Positions 29,197-38,208 of a DNA stretch of 64,000 nt are shown one piece after another. The stretch is from Candidatus Nanohaloarchaea archaeon (GTDB lineage: Archaea; Nanohalarchaeota; Nanosalinia; Nanosalinales; Nanosalinaceae). The DNA lies in NCBI GenBank assembly GCA_041640035.1, contig JBEQBC010000002.1:32001-96000 (forward strand), read 5' to 3'. The notes under the pieces were generated by a model. It was not told the origin of the DNA and did no database searches. It was given only the letters and a program-made list of their open reading frames with translations. The first letter of the stretch is position 1; every line of letters begins with the position of its first letter. The position numbers were made by a program, and so were the translations under genes.

Positions 29197-30257
29197 TCTG
29201 TTTCACTTCTGATGAACTCTTTCAGCGACTTAATGTAGGTGCTGAGTGTTTCCAGCTCTACATACTCGCTTTCACCGTGCAGATCGTATCCTTCAGGGCC
29301 GTAGCACACTGCAGGTATATCTTGAGATGTGAAGAACCTCATGTCGCTTGCGAAGTTCTCTTTCCTTTTCTGTGGTTTCTCGCCGCTTATCTCCTTTATG
29401 GATTGTCGTAGCCGTTCTATATGCTCTTCTCCTTCAGGGTTCTTCATCATGGGAGCTCTGGCAGTTATCTCGACATCTATTCCTTCGATTGATCTTATGT
29501 CTTTCAGGACTTCTTCAGCATGATACTGTTCAGAGTACCTTATGTCTAGTTGCATCTCTGCTTTTTCCGGTACCTTGTTGACTTCTTCCCCTGCTCTTAT
29601 CTTTCCGAGATTGACTGTGGTTGGGAAACTGCCGTCTTCGAATAGCCGGTCTATCTCTCTATATTTATCCATGAGTTTCTCCGCGGCGTTCACACCTTTG
29701 CCAGGTTTGGATCCGTGCGCCGGCTCTCCCTCTACCGTGATTCGTAGCTGGAGTACTCCTTTCTGTTCTGTGACTATGGAAGGGACGTTTCCAGAGTCGT
29801 CGGGTTCTGCAGAGATGACGAATCCGGGTTCAAGTCCTTCATCGATGAGATGCCCGGTTCCGTTGAAGCCTCCTATCTCTTCATCAGTTGTGAGTAGAAG
29901 GCCGATATCTGGTTTTTCTTCTTTCAGGTCCTGCATGGTTTTGATGAGGCAGGCTACTCCTGATTTCATGTCTGCTGTTCCACGGCCGTACAGCTTACCC
30001 TGTTCTTTCTTTGGTTCGAACTGGTTTTCTTCTGCGGTCACTACATCCAAGTGTCCGTGAAGAAGTATCTCCGGCTTCATGGTCTGCTTGAAGGTTACCA
30101 GCAGCGATTTCTTGCCTTCTTTCTCGAACCTCTGTAAAATGTACTCTTCCGATTGGAAGAACTTTTCTGCGTATTCCACTGCTTCTTCGAGCTGTTCTGG
30201 CCGGTGTTGTGTGGACTGTATCTTGACGAGTTCTCTTGTTATCTTTTCTGGTTTCAT
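29193..30257 (-). CDS. M20 family amidohydrolase (ArgE/DapE-like)
   Basis: HGHLDVV, GRGTADMKSG, DEEIGG, AHGS, SDMR, GP...LH. Confidence 0.9.
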   Translation of the reverse strand: MKPEKITRELVKIQSTQHRPEQLEEAVEYAEKFFQSEEYILQRFEKEGKKSLLVTFKQTMKPEILLHGHLDVVTAEENQFEPKKEQGKLYGRGTADMKSGVACLIKTMQDLKEEKPDIGLLLTTDEEIGGFNGTGHLIDEGLEPGFVISAEPDDSGNVPSIVTEQKGVLQLRITVEGEPAHGSKPGKGVNAAEKLMDKYREIDRLFEDGSFPTTVNLGKIRAGEEVNKVPEKAEMQLDIRYSEQYHAEEVLKDIRSIEGIDVEITARAPMMKNPEGEEHIERLRQSIKEISGEKPQKRKENFASDMRFFTSQDIPAVCYGPEGYDLHGESEYVELETLSTYIKSLKEFIRSETE

Positions 30258-30955
30258 CTGTGGTTCACCTCTCTGATGTTGGAGTGCTGTCCTATGTACT
30301 GGTTTACGGCCTGTTCCATTTCTTGTTCGGTTACCTGTCCTCCGACAACTACGGCGTCACCGTTCTCGTAATCCATTCCCCGAGATTCTAGGTACTCTCT
30401 TGTTTCTCCATCCGGTATTCCGTCATACATAGGTTCTGGATACACCGACTTCATGACATTGTCTTCCACTTCAGCATCGGGATCCAGGGCTTCCGCTACA
30501 TCCTCTAATGATTCATCTATCTCTTCGGGTGTTTCCTCCTCCGGACGAGGGTATGCGTTGAATACCTGGCGGCTGCAGTTGTACATCGCGGGGCTCTGTG
30601 TCCTGTAAGTTACTGTTTCCTCTTCTCCATCCATTTCCTGGAGTATGCTGAGTGAGAGCATGGCTTTTCCAAGCCCGTTTCTCTGTCGTTCTTCCTCCAC
30701 CGCGATTCCGTGCTCGTATACGGTATCTGCGACTCGGTCAGTTGATGAGAAGCCTACATACTCGTCTTTTTCATGGTCGTAGGCGAGTACCAGTGTTGAT
30801 ACAGGTAGTACATGTTCTACTGTGTCCTGTTCTGTTGGTACGCCGTCTGCTGAGAAAGCTGATTGAGCTGCGTCTACCAGTTGATCTGTGTATTCGGGAT
30901 TATCGTCTAGAAATTCTTGTGGATTTTGGATAACATCGATTCCAAAAGCGTTCAC
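30254..30955 (-). CDS. GNAT-fold acyltransferase
   Basis: YVGFSS and motif A GIAVEEERQRNGLGKAML; GTG start uncertain. Confidence 0.7.
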   Translation of the reverse strand: MNAFGIDVIQNPQEFLDDNPEYTDQLVDAAQSAFSADGVPTEQDTVEHVLPVSTLVLAYDHEKDEYVGFSSTDRVADTVYEHGIAVEEERQRNGLGKAMLSLSILQEMDGEEETVTYRTQSPAMYNCSRQVFNAYPRPEEETPEEIDESLEDVAEALDPDAEVEDNVMKSVYPEPMYDGIPDGETREYLESRGMDYENGDAVVVGGQVTEQEMEQAVNQYIGQHSNIREVNHR

Positions 30956-31028
30956 CTGAGGTTGATTGTGTGCTCATGGTCTTACCGATGCATTGTTGAG
31001 AAAGACTTAAATAGGTTAAGAATAGATT

Positions 31029-31086
31029 ACAGGTATTTTCGGATATATTTAGGTCTCTTTAAGTCTTCTAACAGGTTATTTCGGAT
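31029..31086. promoter_or_regulatory. Imperfect 16-bp direct repeat pair upstream of the GNAT operon promoter
   Basis: ACAGGTATTTTCGGAT (31029-31044) and ACAGGTTATTTCGGAT (31071-31086), 42 bp apart, upstream of a minus-strand TATA-like TATTTAAG near 31006-31013. Confidence 0.45.
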
Positions 31087-31256
31087 TTAATTGTAGTTAG
31101 AACTGCGGTTTGCCATGACTTGTTTTTCACTTCGGAGATAGTTAGGTAAGAAAGAGTTTTGCTATAGCCGGGGCTGTAGTTATTCAGAAAGTTAGTGTTG
31201 CCAAAAGTAGCCACCGGTGGTTGACATAGTAAATAGAATGAGGTGGAGATGTTAAA

Positions 31257-32429
31257 TTAGTTTTCATCTTCCAGTGCCTGGACTGCAGCCAACTGCTCTC
31301 CGCTCATGAATCGGACGAATGCTCCGCCTGCGATTGATACATGTGAGAAGTCGTCCAGGTCGTGGTCGAATCTGTGGACGAGCGAGGAGGTATGGCCTCC
31401 TCCTAGTACGGTGTATGCGTCTGTTTCTGCGATCGCTTCAACAACTGTCTTTGTTCCGTTTGGATAGTCTTCGAATGCTCCCATAGGTCCTTTCATGACG
31501 ACTGATTCGGCGTTTCTGATTTCTTCTGCGTATTTTTCGGCTGTTTTCTCTCCTATGTCCCAGGTCATCTCGTTATGAGGGATTTCTTCGATGCTGTGGT
31601 TTCCTGAGTCGGTTACCATGTCTTCAGGCAGAACAATCTTTTCTCCGTGGTTTTCCAATAGTCTTTGGAGGTCGTCTTTCTTGGAGTCGAATCCGTTTTC
31701 CTCTATCCAGCCGGATTTTTCTCCTATGTCCTTTCCTTGGATTTTGAGAGCTAGTTCTCCGGGTATTCCGCCTAGGAGTACTTTTTCTACATCTTCGATC
31801 ATCTCGTCCATTATTCCGATGAGGTCTGAGGGTTTTTCTCCTCCGAGAACCATTATGCCGTTTTCGAAGTTTTCTCTTACTTCTGAGCAGCTTTCGAGTT
31901 CTTTCTGCATGATAGGTCCTGCGTATGAATCGAGTGTTTCTGTGAAGCCGACCATGGAGCCGTGGCTTCTGTGTGCTGCGGAGAATGCGTCATCTACATA
32001 TAGGTCGAAGTACTGGCTGATTTTCTGTACGAAGAAATCATCTCCATGCATTTTGGGCGGTGCGTTCTGTAGTTCTTCGGATAGGAAACGGATGTTTTCC
32101 AGCATTGCGATATCGCCTTCACACATTCTTGCGACTTTTTCTCCCAGTTCGGGTCCGAAGAAGCTTGGTACGAACTCTACCTCCTCATCGATATGTTCTG
32201 ACAGTATTTCGGAGTGTTTTTCAAGTGATAGGAAGTCGTTTCTTGCCGGTCTTCCCTGGTGTGCTACTATTACTAGTTTGGCTCCTCTGTCGCTGAGTTC
32301 CTGTATTGTTTCTACATATCTTTCGAATCGGACGGTTTTCTGTGGTTCGCCGTCCTCTATTGGAAGGTTTAAGTCTGTTCTCAGAAGTACTCTCTCGCCT
32401 TCGACATCTGTTTCCTTAACCGATTTCAT
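31257..32429 (-). CDS. pgk: Phosphoglycerate kinase
   Basis: RTDLNLP, AHQGRP, LENIRF, DAFSAAHR, GPMGAFE, GGGH, SIAGGA. Confidence 0.96.
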   Translation of the reverse strand: MKSVKETDVEGERVLLRTDLNLPIEDGEPQKTVRFERYVETIQELSDRGAKLVIVAHQGRPARNDFLSLEKHSEILSEHIDEEVEFVPSFFGPELGEKVARMCEGDIAMLENIRFLSEELQNAPPKMHGDDFFVQKISQYFDLYVDDAFSAAHRSHGSMVGFTETLDSYAGPIMQKELESCSEVRENFENGIMVLGGEKPSDLIGIMDEMIEDVEKVLLGGIPGELALKIQGKDIGEKSGWIEENGFDSKKDDLQRLLENHGEKIVLPEDMVTDSGNHSIEEIPHNEMTWDIGEKTAEKYAEEIRNAESVVMKGPMGAFEDYPNGTKTVVEAIAETDAYTVLGGGHTSSLVHRFDHDLDDFSHVSIAGGAFVRFMSGEQLAAVQALEDEN

Positions 32430-32632
32430 CGTGCTATATTACGATGTAATACATTTACTGGTTTTTAATGGTTACAAGCAGATATTTAAAAATCGCCGGC
32501 TATACCTTTTTTGTACCAATGAAAGGTGAATGTTTTGGACTGCCTGAGATGGCAGTCAGACGGTAGAATTTACGCGTTTTCAAAATCTTCTAGAGCTTCT
32601 GCTATAAAAATTTCCAGTCAAGGTGTTTCTGC

Positions 32633-34345
32633 ATGAAAGACTTAAGCAGAAAACTGGCTGAGTTATCGAAGAGAAGAGGTTTCTTCTTCCAATCAAGCGA
32701 ATCTTACGGCGGCGCAGCAGGTTTCCAGACATTTGGTCCTGAAGGCGCAGAGATAAAGAGAAATATAGAGAACAGCTGGAGAGAAACATTCTCAGATAGC
32801 CTAGGCCACAGAGAAATAGAAGCACCCACAATAATGCCAGAAGCAGTCTTCGAGGCATCAGGCCACCTGGACACATTCGACGACATGATAATCGAATGCC
32901 CGGAATGCGGCACCAGCTCCAGAGCCGACCACATCGTGGAAGACAATACTGATATAGAAGAAGCGGAAAGCTTCTCCCACGAGAAAGTCGAAGAACTGAT
33001 CAAAGAACACAACCTGGAATGCCCAGAGTGCGGCGAGGATCTGTCAAATGTAGCCGTCGAGGACTTCAACCTGATGTTCAAGACCAGCATCGGCCCTGGC
33101 AGCGGACAGACAGGCTACCTCAGACCGGAGACAGCTCAGGGTATCTTCGTAGAGTTCCCAAGACTGAAAGACTACGCACGCAACCAGCTGCCTTTCGGCA
33201 TCACACAGATTGGCAAAGCATACAGAAACGAGATAAGCCCACGGAAAGGTCTTGTAAGAGTGCGTGAACTGACTCAGGCTGAGCTCGAGCACTTCATCGA
33301 TCCGGAGGAAGATGAGCCTCCGATCAAAGATGTTGAAGATGTAGAGCTGAAGCTGTATTCAAGAGAGCAGCAAAACGCTAAGGACGGTGAAGTCCAGAAG
33401 ATGACTGTGAAAGAGTCAGTTGAACAGGATGTAGTTGACTCCGAATGGATCGCTTACTATCTTGGTATCGCGAAGCAGTGGTATGAGTCTATCGGTGTTG
33501 ATATGGAGCGTTTCCGTTTCAGACAGCACCAGAACGATGAGCTCTCCCACTACGCAAGCGACTGCTGGGATGCAGAGAGCCAGGTCGACGGCGATTGGAT
33601 CGAGATCACAGGTTTCGCTTACAGAGGTTGCTACGACCTGAAGAAGCACGATCAGTACAGCCGAGACGACTATAAGGTCTTCAAGGAATACGACGAACCA
33701 CGGACTGTTGAGAAGAATACCGTTGATCCTGATATGGGTTTCCTGGGTCCTGAGTTCGGTGATAAAGCCGGTGAAATAGCTGACAGACTTGAGGAACTTG
33801 CTGAGGAAGAACCTGAGGCCTTCGAAGCCGACAAGGTATTCGTAGAGATCGACGGCGAAGAATACAGTATTCCTTCTGACAAGTGCAACTTCAGCGTTGA
33901 GGAAGTTACTGAGAACGGCGAGCACATTCTGCCTCATGTAGTTGAGCCGTCATTCGGTATCGACCGTATCGTATACACAGTACTCGCGCACAGCTACGAT
34001 GAGGACGAGGTTGACGATGAGGAAAGAACCGTTATGCGATTCAACGAGACAGTTGCTCCTACTGAAGTCGCTGTCTTTCCGTTGATGGATAAGGACGGTC
34101 TCAGCGAGAAGGCCAGTGAAGTTGCGGATATGCTGCGTGAAGAAGGCTTCTCGGTCAAGTACGACGATACCGGTAACATCGGTAAACGGTACAGAAGACA
34201 GGATGAAGTCGGTACACCGATCTGCGTGACCGTTGATTACGATACACTGGAAAAAGATCCAGAGACAGTAACGGTTAGAGACCGGGATTCGACTGAGCAA
34301 GAAAGGGTTGAGATAGATAAGTTATCCAGAGAGCTGAGAGAATAG
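32633..34345 (+). CDS. glyS: Glycine--tRNA ligase (archaeal/eukaryotic type)
   Basis: LRPETAQGIF, RNEISPR, FRQH, PHVVEPSFGIDR, IGKRYRRQDEVGTP. Confidence 0.97.
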   Translation: MKDLSRKLAELSKRRGFFFQSSESYGGAAGFQTFGPEGAEIKRNIENSWRETFSDSLGHREIEAPTIMPEAVFEASGHLDTFDDMIIECPECGTSSRADHIVEDNTDIEEAESFSHEKVEELIKEHNLECPECGEDLSNVAVEDFNLMFKTSIGPGSGQTGYLRPETAQGIFVEFPRLKDYARNQLPFGITQIGKAYRNEISPRKGLVRVRELTQAELEHFIDPEEDEPPIKDVEDVELKLYSREQQNAKDGEVQKMTVKESVEQDVVDSEWIAYYLGIAKQWYESIGVDMERFRFRQHQNDELSHYASDCWDAESQVDGDWIEITGFAYRGCYDLKKHDQYSRDDYKVFKEYDEPRTVEKNTVDPDMGFLGPEFGDKAGEIADRLEELAEEEPEAFEADKVFVEIDGEEYSIPSDKCNFSVEEVTENGEHILPHVVEPSFGIDRIVYTVLAHSYDEDEVDDEERTVMRFNETVAPTEVAVFPLMDKDGLSEKASEVADMLREEGFSVKYDDTGNIGKRYRRQDEVGTPICVTVDYDTLEKDPETVTVRDRDSTEQERVEIDKLSRELRE

Positions 34346-34362
34346 GCTATCTTCTTCCTTTT

Positions 34363-35622
34363 TTATTCTTCTTTTATCAGAAACCCTGAAACTGTGTTAT
34401 TATTCACTATACACATTTTGTCGCCGCCAATTTCGCCCATACCGTAGAAGCCTGCAATTTTTGCATTCATTCCTTCTCTCATTTTTTCTACTTCTTCTTC
34501 CAGCTCTTCGTCATTCATAACCAGGTTTCGACATGAACAATCAGTTACTATTCCAAATGCGGCATTGTGGACATCAAAAGCATTTTTTCCTGCCTCAATG
34601 ATATCTTTTTTATCTCCTTCAACTACTTTAACAGGTTGATTTTCATTTATATGAGTGGAAGCTAGTAATGCATGGTCTTCTGTCACATCATAGGATACTA
34701 TTGTTCTATATTTGTCGCCCCCTCTCTCTAGAGCAAGTGAGGACTCTAATGTGTACTCAAGGACTTTTTTAGGCAGTATCGTATCTTTTCCTCTCAATTT
34801 CATTCCTATAAAACGGGCTAGCCCTGCCATTTTTTCCTTTAAAGATGTGTCCATAGAGGCTTTTAACTCAGATACTTCTACTCCTATTGCTTCAGAATAC
34901 CATTCAGCTGCTGGTTTTCCACTTATTTTCTCTATCTTTTTACCTTCTGTATCAGTTATGACCCCAGTAGTGATTTCTTTGTTTAGACCGTGTTCCTGAC
35001 CGGTTATAACTTCATTATCAGAGTTCATTAACACCGTGACAAGTCCATCATCATAGGTTTCTCCGTTGTGGAACTGGTATGTCTTCCACAGGCGTATATC
35101 ATCACCTGTAGAACCTCCTACGAGAGGAACATCTGTTCCCAGCACATCAGTAATTCCTTCAAGGACTTCAAACTCTACGCCTTTCTTATCCATAGTTAGA
35201 CCTGAGATAAGAGTGAATATTGCGGTATTGTTATCCTCTTTCCTGTGTTCTTGAAGCTGTTCTGCAACATCACGGCCGGTTTCCTCCGGTGCATCGTGAA
35301 CATTTGCTTCAGAGATAGCATGGAAATCTATAGCGTCTGATTTAATGAGAATTAATACGGCGCCACCGGTTGTAGAACCTTCACTAGAGACTTCTCCAGC
35401 AGTGGTGCCTCCAACCCAGTCTGCCCCTATCTTATCCATTTCTTCATCTACTGAAGATGCAAGTTTGGAGACGCTGAACTCTACTGAGGCGAATAGAAAA
35501 CCGAAATCAGCCTCTTGCATTTCTCCGTCATCCAATGCTTCTTGAACAAGTTTCTTGCCTGCTTCTTTTGATGATGTATCAGCAGAGTTGACAAATGCTT
35601 CTCCGACAGAGACAGATTCCAT
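34363..35622 (-). CDS. Standalone FIST (FIST_N + FIST_C) sensory domain protein
   Basis: GGTTAGEV, PLVGGSTGD, GKPAAEWY, DCSCR, GFYGMGEIG...NNT motifs. Confidence 0.88.
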   Translation of the reverse strand: MESVSVGEAFVNSADTSSKEAGKKLVQEALDDGEMQEADFGFLFASVEFSVSKLASSVDEEMDKIGADWVGGTTAGEVSSEGSTTGGAVLILIKSDAIDFHAISEANVHDAPEETGRDVAEQLQEHRKEDNNTAIFTLISGLTMDKKGVEFEVLEGITDVLGTDVPLVGGSTGDDIRLWKTYQFHNGETYDDGLVTVLMNSDNEVITGQEHGLNKEITTGVITDTEGKKIEKISGKPAAEWYSEAIGVEVSELKASMDTSLKEKMAGLARFIGMKLRGKDTILPKKVLEYTLESSLALERGGDKYRTIVSYDVTEDHALLASTHINENQPVKVVEGDKKDIIEAGKNAFDVHNAAFGIVTDCSCRNLVMNDEELEEEVEKMREGMNAKIAGFYGMGEIGGDKMCIVNNNTVSGFLIKEE

Positions 35623-35693
35623 ACCTCTTTTATGTGGTTTCTTGCTAATAAGAGTGATGAAAAGTTAAATTCGGGAAAAGTTAATCGTAAGTT

Positions 35694-36749
35694 ATGAGCA
35701 CTGCTTCATCCCACCTACAGAAGATTATCAAACTTCATTTCGATGATGAAAACGGCGCACCCTACTGGATAGAGAAGAAAAAAGAGCTTTCCTTCAATCC
35801 TGAAGAAGATATCCAAACCCTTGAAGACCTACAATTATTTATAGAGGATGATAACTACGACGGATTCCCTTCTGAGAAGCTTAAAGAGAATCCTAAGGAC
35901 CTTATACCTCAGAAACTTGATAGCTCAGAATATGAGATTTATAGTTCCGGAGGCCGTACAGGCAAACCTAAATGGACTGCTTGGAAAACTGAAGGCGGAT
36001 GGAAACGGGTTATGGAAGTAGTAGAGAAACAGTTTGAAGACCATAACATCAGTTTAAACAGAGATATAGCTTACATCGGTCCTACAGGCCCTCACCCTTT
36101 CGGTTATGCACCAAAAAAACTTGCTAACAGGAACAATGTTGACTTCTTGACTATTGATCTAGATCCAAGATGGGTAAGAAAGACAAAGACAGATCCTGAA
36201 CTAAGAAAAAGAAACGCTGGCGACAAATACATAAGCCATCTGAAGGATCAAACACAGACTCTTCTACGGCAGTTTGGACCCGATATTGGAATTCTGATTT
36301 CAACCCCTACAATAATTCAAATGTTACACCAATCTGGAGCACTGGATAAAATGCGTCTTGACGGTATTGTATGGGCAGGTCAAGCCATGAAGCCGGAAAA
36401 CTTCCAGGCATTAAACGATGAACTCGACTGTCCTATAGTAGGATGGTATGGAAACACCCTGCTAGGAATATCACCTCATGTAGAGTTCGAAGAAGGAAAT
36501 ATAGTTTACCAGCCAAATCCAAGACTTGTCCAGTATCAGATTGTTGACGATGAGCTGAAACAGAAAGAATACAGCGAAAGGGGCAGAACCCTGACCCACA
36601 TCCTGAGAGAAGGATTGTTCGCACCGTACCATATGGAAGACGACGCCGGCACACGACTTCAGCCTAGAGAAGGTGAAGAGGTAGATGCAGTTGGAAATCC
36701 AGATGTACCTGAAGAAAGGCAGGAAGATATCGAGTCTGGAGTTTACTGA
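35694..36749 (+). CDS. GriC/EhpF-like truncated adenylating (AMP-binding) enzyme, aryl-carboxylate reductase component A
   Basis: HF...GAPYW, SSGGRTGKPK P-loop, GPTGPH, IDLDPRWV, YGNTL, EDD; 351 aa, lacking the usual ANL C-terminal domain. Confidence 0.75.
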   Translation: MSTASSHLQKIIKLHFDDENGAPYWIEKKKELSFNPEEDIQTLEDLQLFIEDDNYDGFPSEKLKENPKDLIPQKLDSSEYEIYSSGGRTGKPKWTAWKTEGGWKRVMEVVEKQFEDHNISLNRDIAYIGPTGPHPFGYAPKKLANRNNVDFLTIDLDPRWVRKTKTDPELRKRNAGDKYISHLKDQTQTLLRQFGPDIGILISTPTIIQMLHQSGALDKMRLDGIVWAGQAMKPENFQALNDELDCPIVGWYGNTLLGISPHVEFEEGNIVYQPNPRLVQYQIVDDELKQKEYSERGRTLTHILREGLFAPYHMEDDAGTRLQPREGEEVDAVGNPDVPEERQEDIESGVY

Positions 36750-38173
36750 TGGTCACGATTAAAGCCAATCTTGGCGGTGAGAAGAGCGAGCCCTATCGTA
36801 CAAAAAATATAGAAAGCTATAGGGGAGAAAAAATCGGGGAGATAGAGCGATTCCCAACTGTCAAGATTAATTCTGCTCTCAAAAAGAACAGAGAATCTAA
36901 GAAAAAACTTCAGGAGACCGACATAGATCAACTAATAGAGATAATGCAGGATGCGGGAGATATATTCAAATCTCGGTCTCTGGGGTCAGGAGAAACGAGT
37001 TTCGATCAGTACGCCGAACAAGTATCTGAATCAACGGGGCTTCCGATAAGAAATGTGTATCGATCTGCGGATATGATCCAAGATTCTTTCAAGCAGGTTA
37101 AATCCTCTCTGAGAGCTCAATCACCTATGGGAGATATCAGTTCACTTGATAAAGGATACTATGAAACATCGTCCGGACAGAAAGCTGGATATATAAGGAA
37201 AGGAGATAACCTCGGTATTTTAGCTCCTGGAAACCACCCTTCCGTTATTTCACTTGCCTTAATTTCCTATGCATCTAAGTATCCGATAGCTATATGTCCC
37301 TCAGATAAAGAACCTTTCACGCCTGCAAGAGTGGTTAATGCTCTTTACAAAGCCGATGCGCCAGAAGATACTCTTTACATGCTTCCAGGAGATCGTGAAG
37401 TAGGTTCAAAAATTGTAGAAGACTCAGACCGCTCTATAGGTTTCGGAGGAGACGCTTTGAAGAAGAAATATTCCGATAGGAACAATATCAAGATTCATGG
37501 CCCGGGCAATAGCAAGATATTTGTGGAGAAAGGTTTTGAAGAGGACGAAGCAGTTTACAGAATGATGGAAGAAGCTATGATGCGTGATGGAGGCAGAGGC
37601 TGTATAAACATGAGCCACATAATAACTAACGGAGACGCCGAGAAGATTGCGGAGAAAATGGCGTCAAGAGTAATCGGAAACGAGATAGTAAAGCCAACTT
37701 CCGAGGATGCTTTCATACCGGCTTCCCCAGACCCACAACGAGCAAAAAGCATCAACAGAATTATTCAGCAAGAAACTAACGGCAAAAATGCGGAAGACAT
37801 CACTCAGAAACTCCGAGACAATAAGAAGAGATTAGTAGAGAAGAAGGGAGCTACATTTTTGAGACCTACAGTTCTACTTTTGGAAGAAGATGTGGCTTCT
37901 AAGAACAGCAGACTTTTCAAGGAATATCCTTTCCAATACTGCACAGTGACAGAGATTTCTGAAGACAAAACTAAGGAGAAGTTATCCGACACCCTAACTC
38001 TTAGCATGTTTACAAACGATGAAGAAAAGATAAAATCTGCTCTCCGAGATCCTTCCATCGAAAAAGTATACGCCAGTCAAGACACTACCTGCGATATTGA
38101 TCTTAGAGAGCCTCACGAAGGCTATCTCCTAGACTTTCTGTTCAAAAAGAAGGCATTCCGACCGCCCAAGTAA
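36749..38173 (+). CDS. GriD/EhpG-like ALDH-fold acyl reductase, aryl-carboxylate reductase component B
   Basis: PGNHP, PS.KEPFTP, GFGG, HGPGNSKI, catalytic Cys in GRGCIN, LRPTV, EYPF, PHEGYL; TGATG overlap with upstream gene. Confidence 0.75.
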   Translation: MVTIKANLGGEKSEPYRTKNIESYRGEKIGEIERFPTVKINSALKKNRESKKKLQETDIDQLIEIMQDAGDIFKSRSLGSGETSFDQYAEQVSESTGLPIRNVYRSADMIQDSFKQVKSSLRAQSPMGDISSLDKGYYETSSGQKAGYIRKGDNLGILAPGNHPSVISLALISYASKYPIAICPSDKEPFTPARVVNALYKADAPEDTLYMLPGDREVGSKIVEDSDRSIGFGGDALKKKYSDRNNIKIHGPGNSKIFVEKGFEEDEAVYRMMEEAMMRDGGRGCINMSHIITNGDAEKIAEKMASRVIGNEIVKPTSEDAFIPASPDPQRAKSINRIIQQETNGKNAEDITQKLRDNKKRLVEKKGATFLRPTVLLLEEDVASKNSRLFKEYPFQYCTVTEISEDKTKEKLSDTLTLSMFTNDEEKIKSALRDPSIEKVYASQDTTCDIDLREPHEGYLLDFLFKKKAFRPPK

Positions 38174-38208
38174 GGAATGATAAAAGAATAGGATGTAACT
38201 CTAGAATT

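Noticed and set aside
35694-38173. Bioluminescence luxE/luxC genes
   Set aside because: No luxA, luxB or luxD nearby, and the motifs fit GriC/GriD-type proteins better
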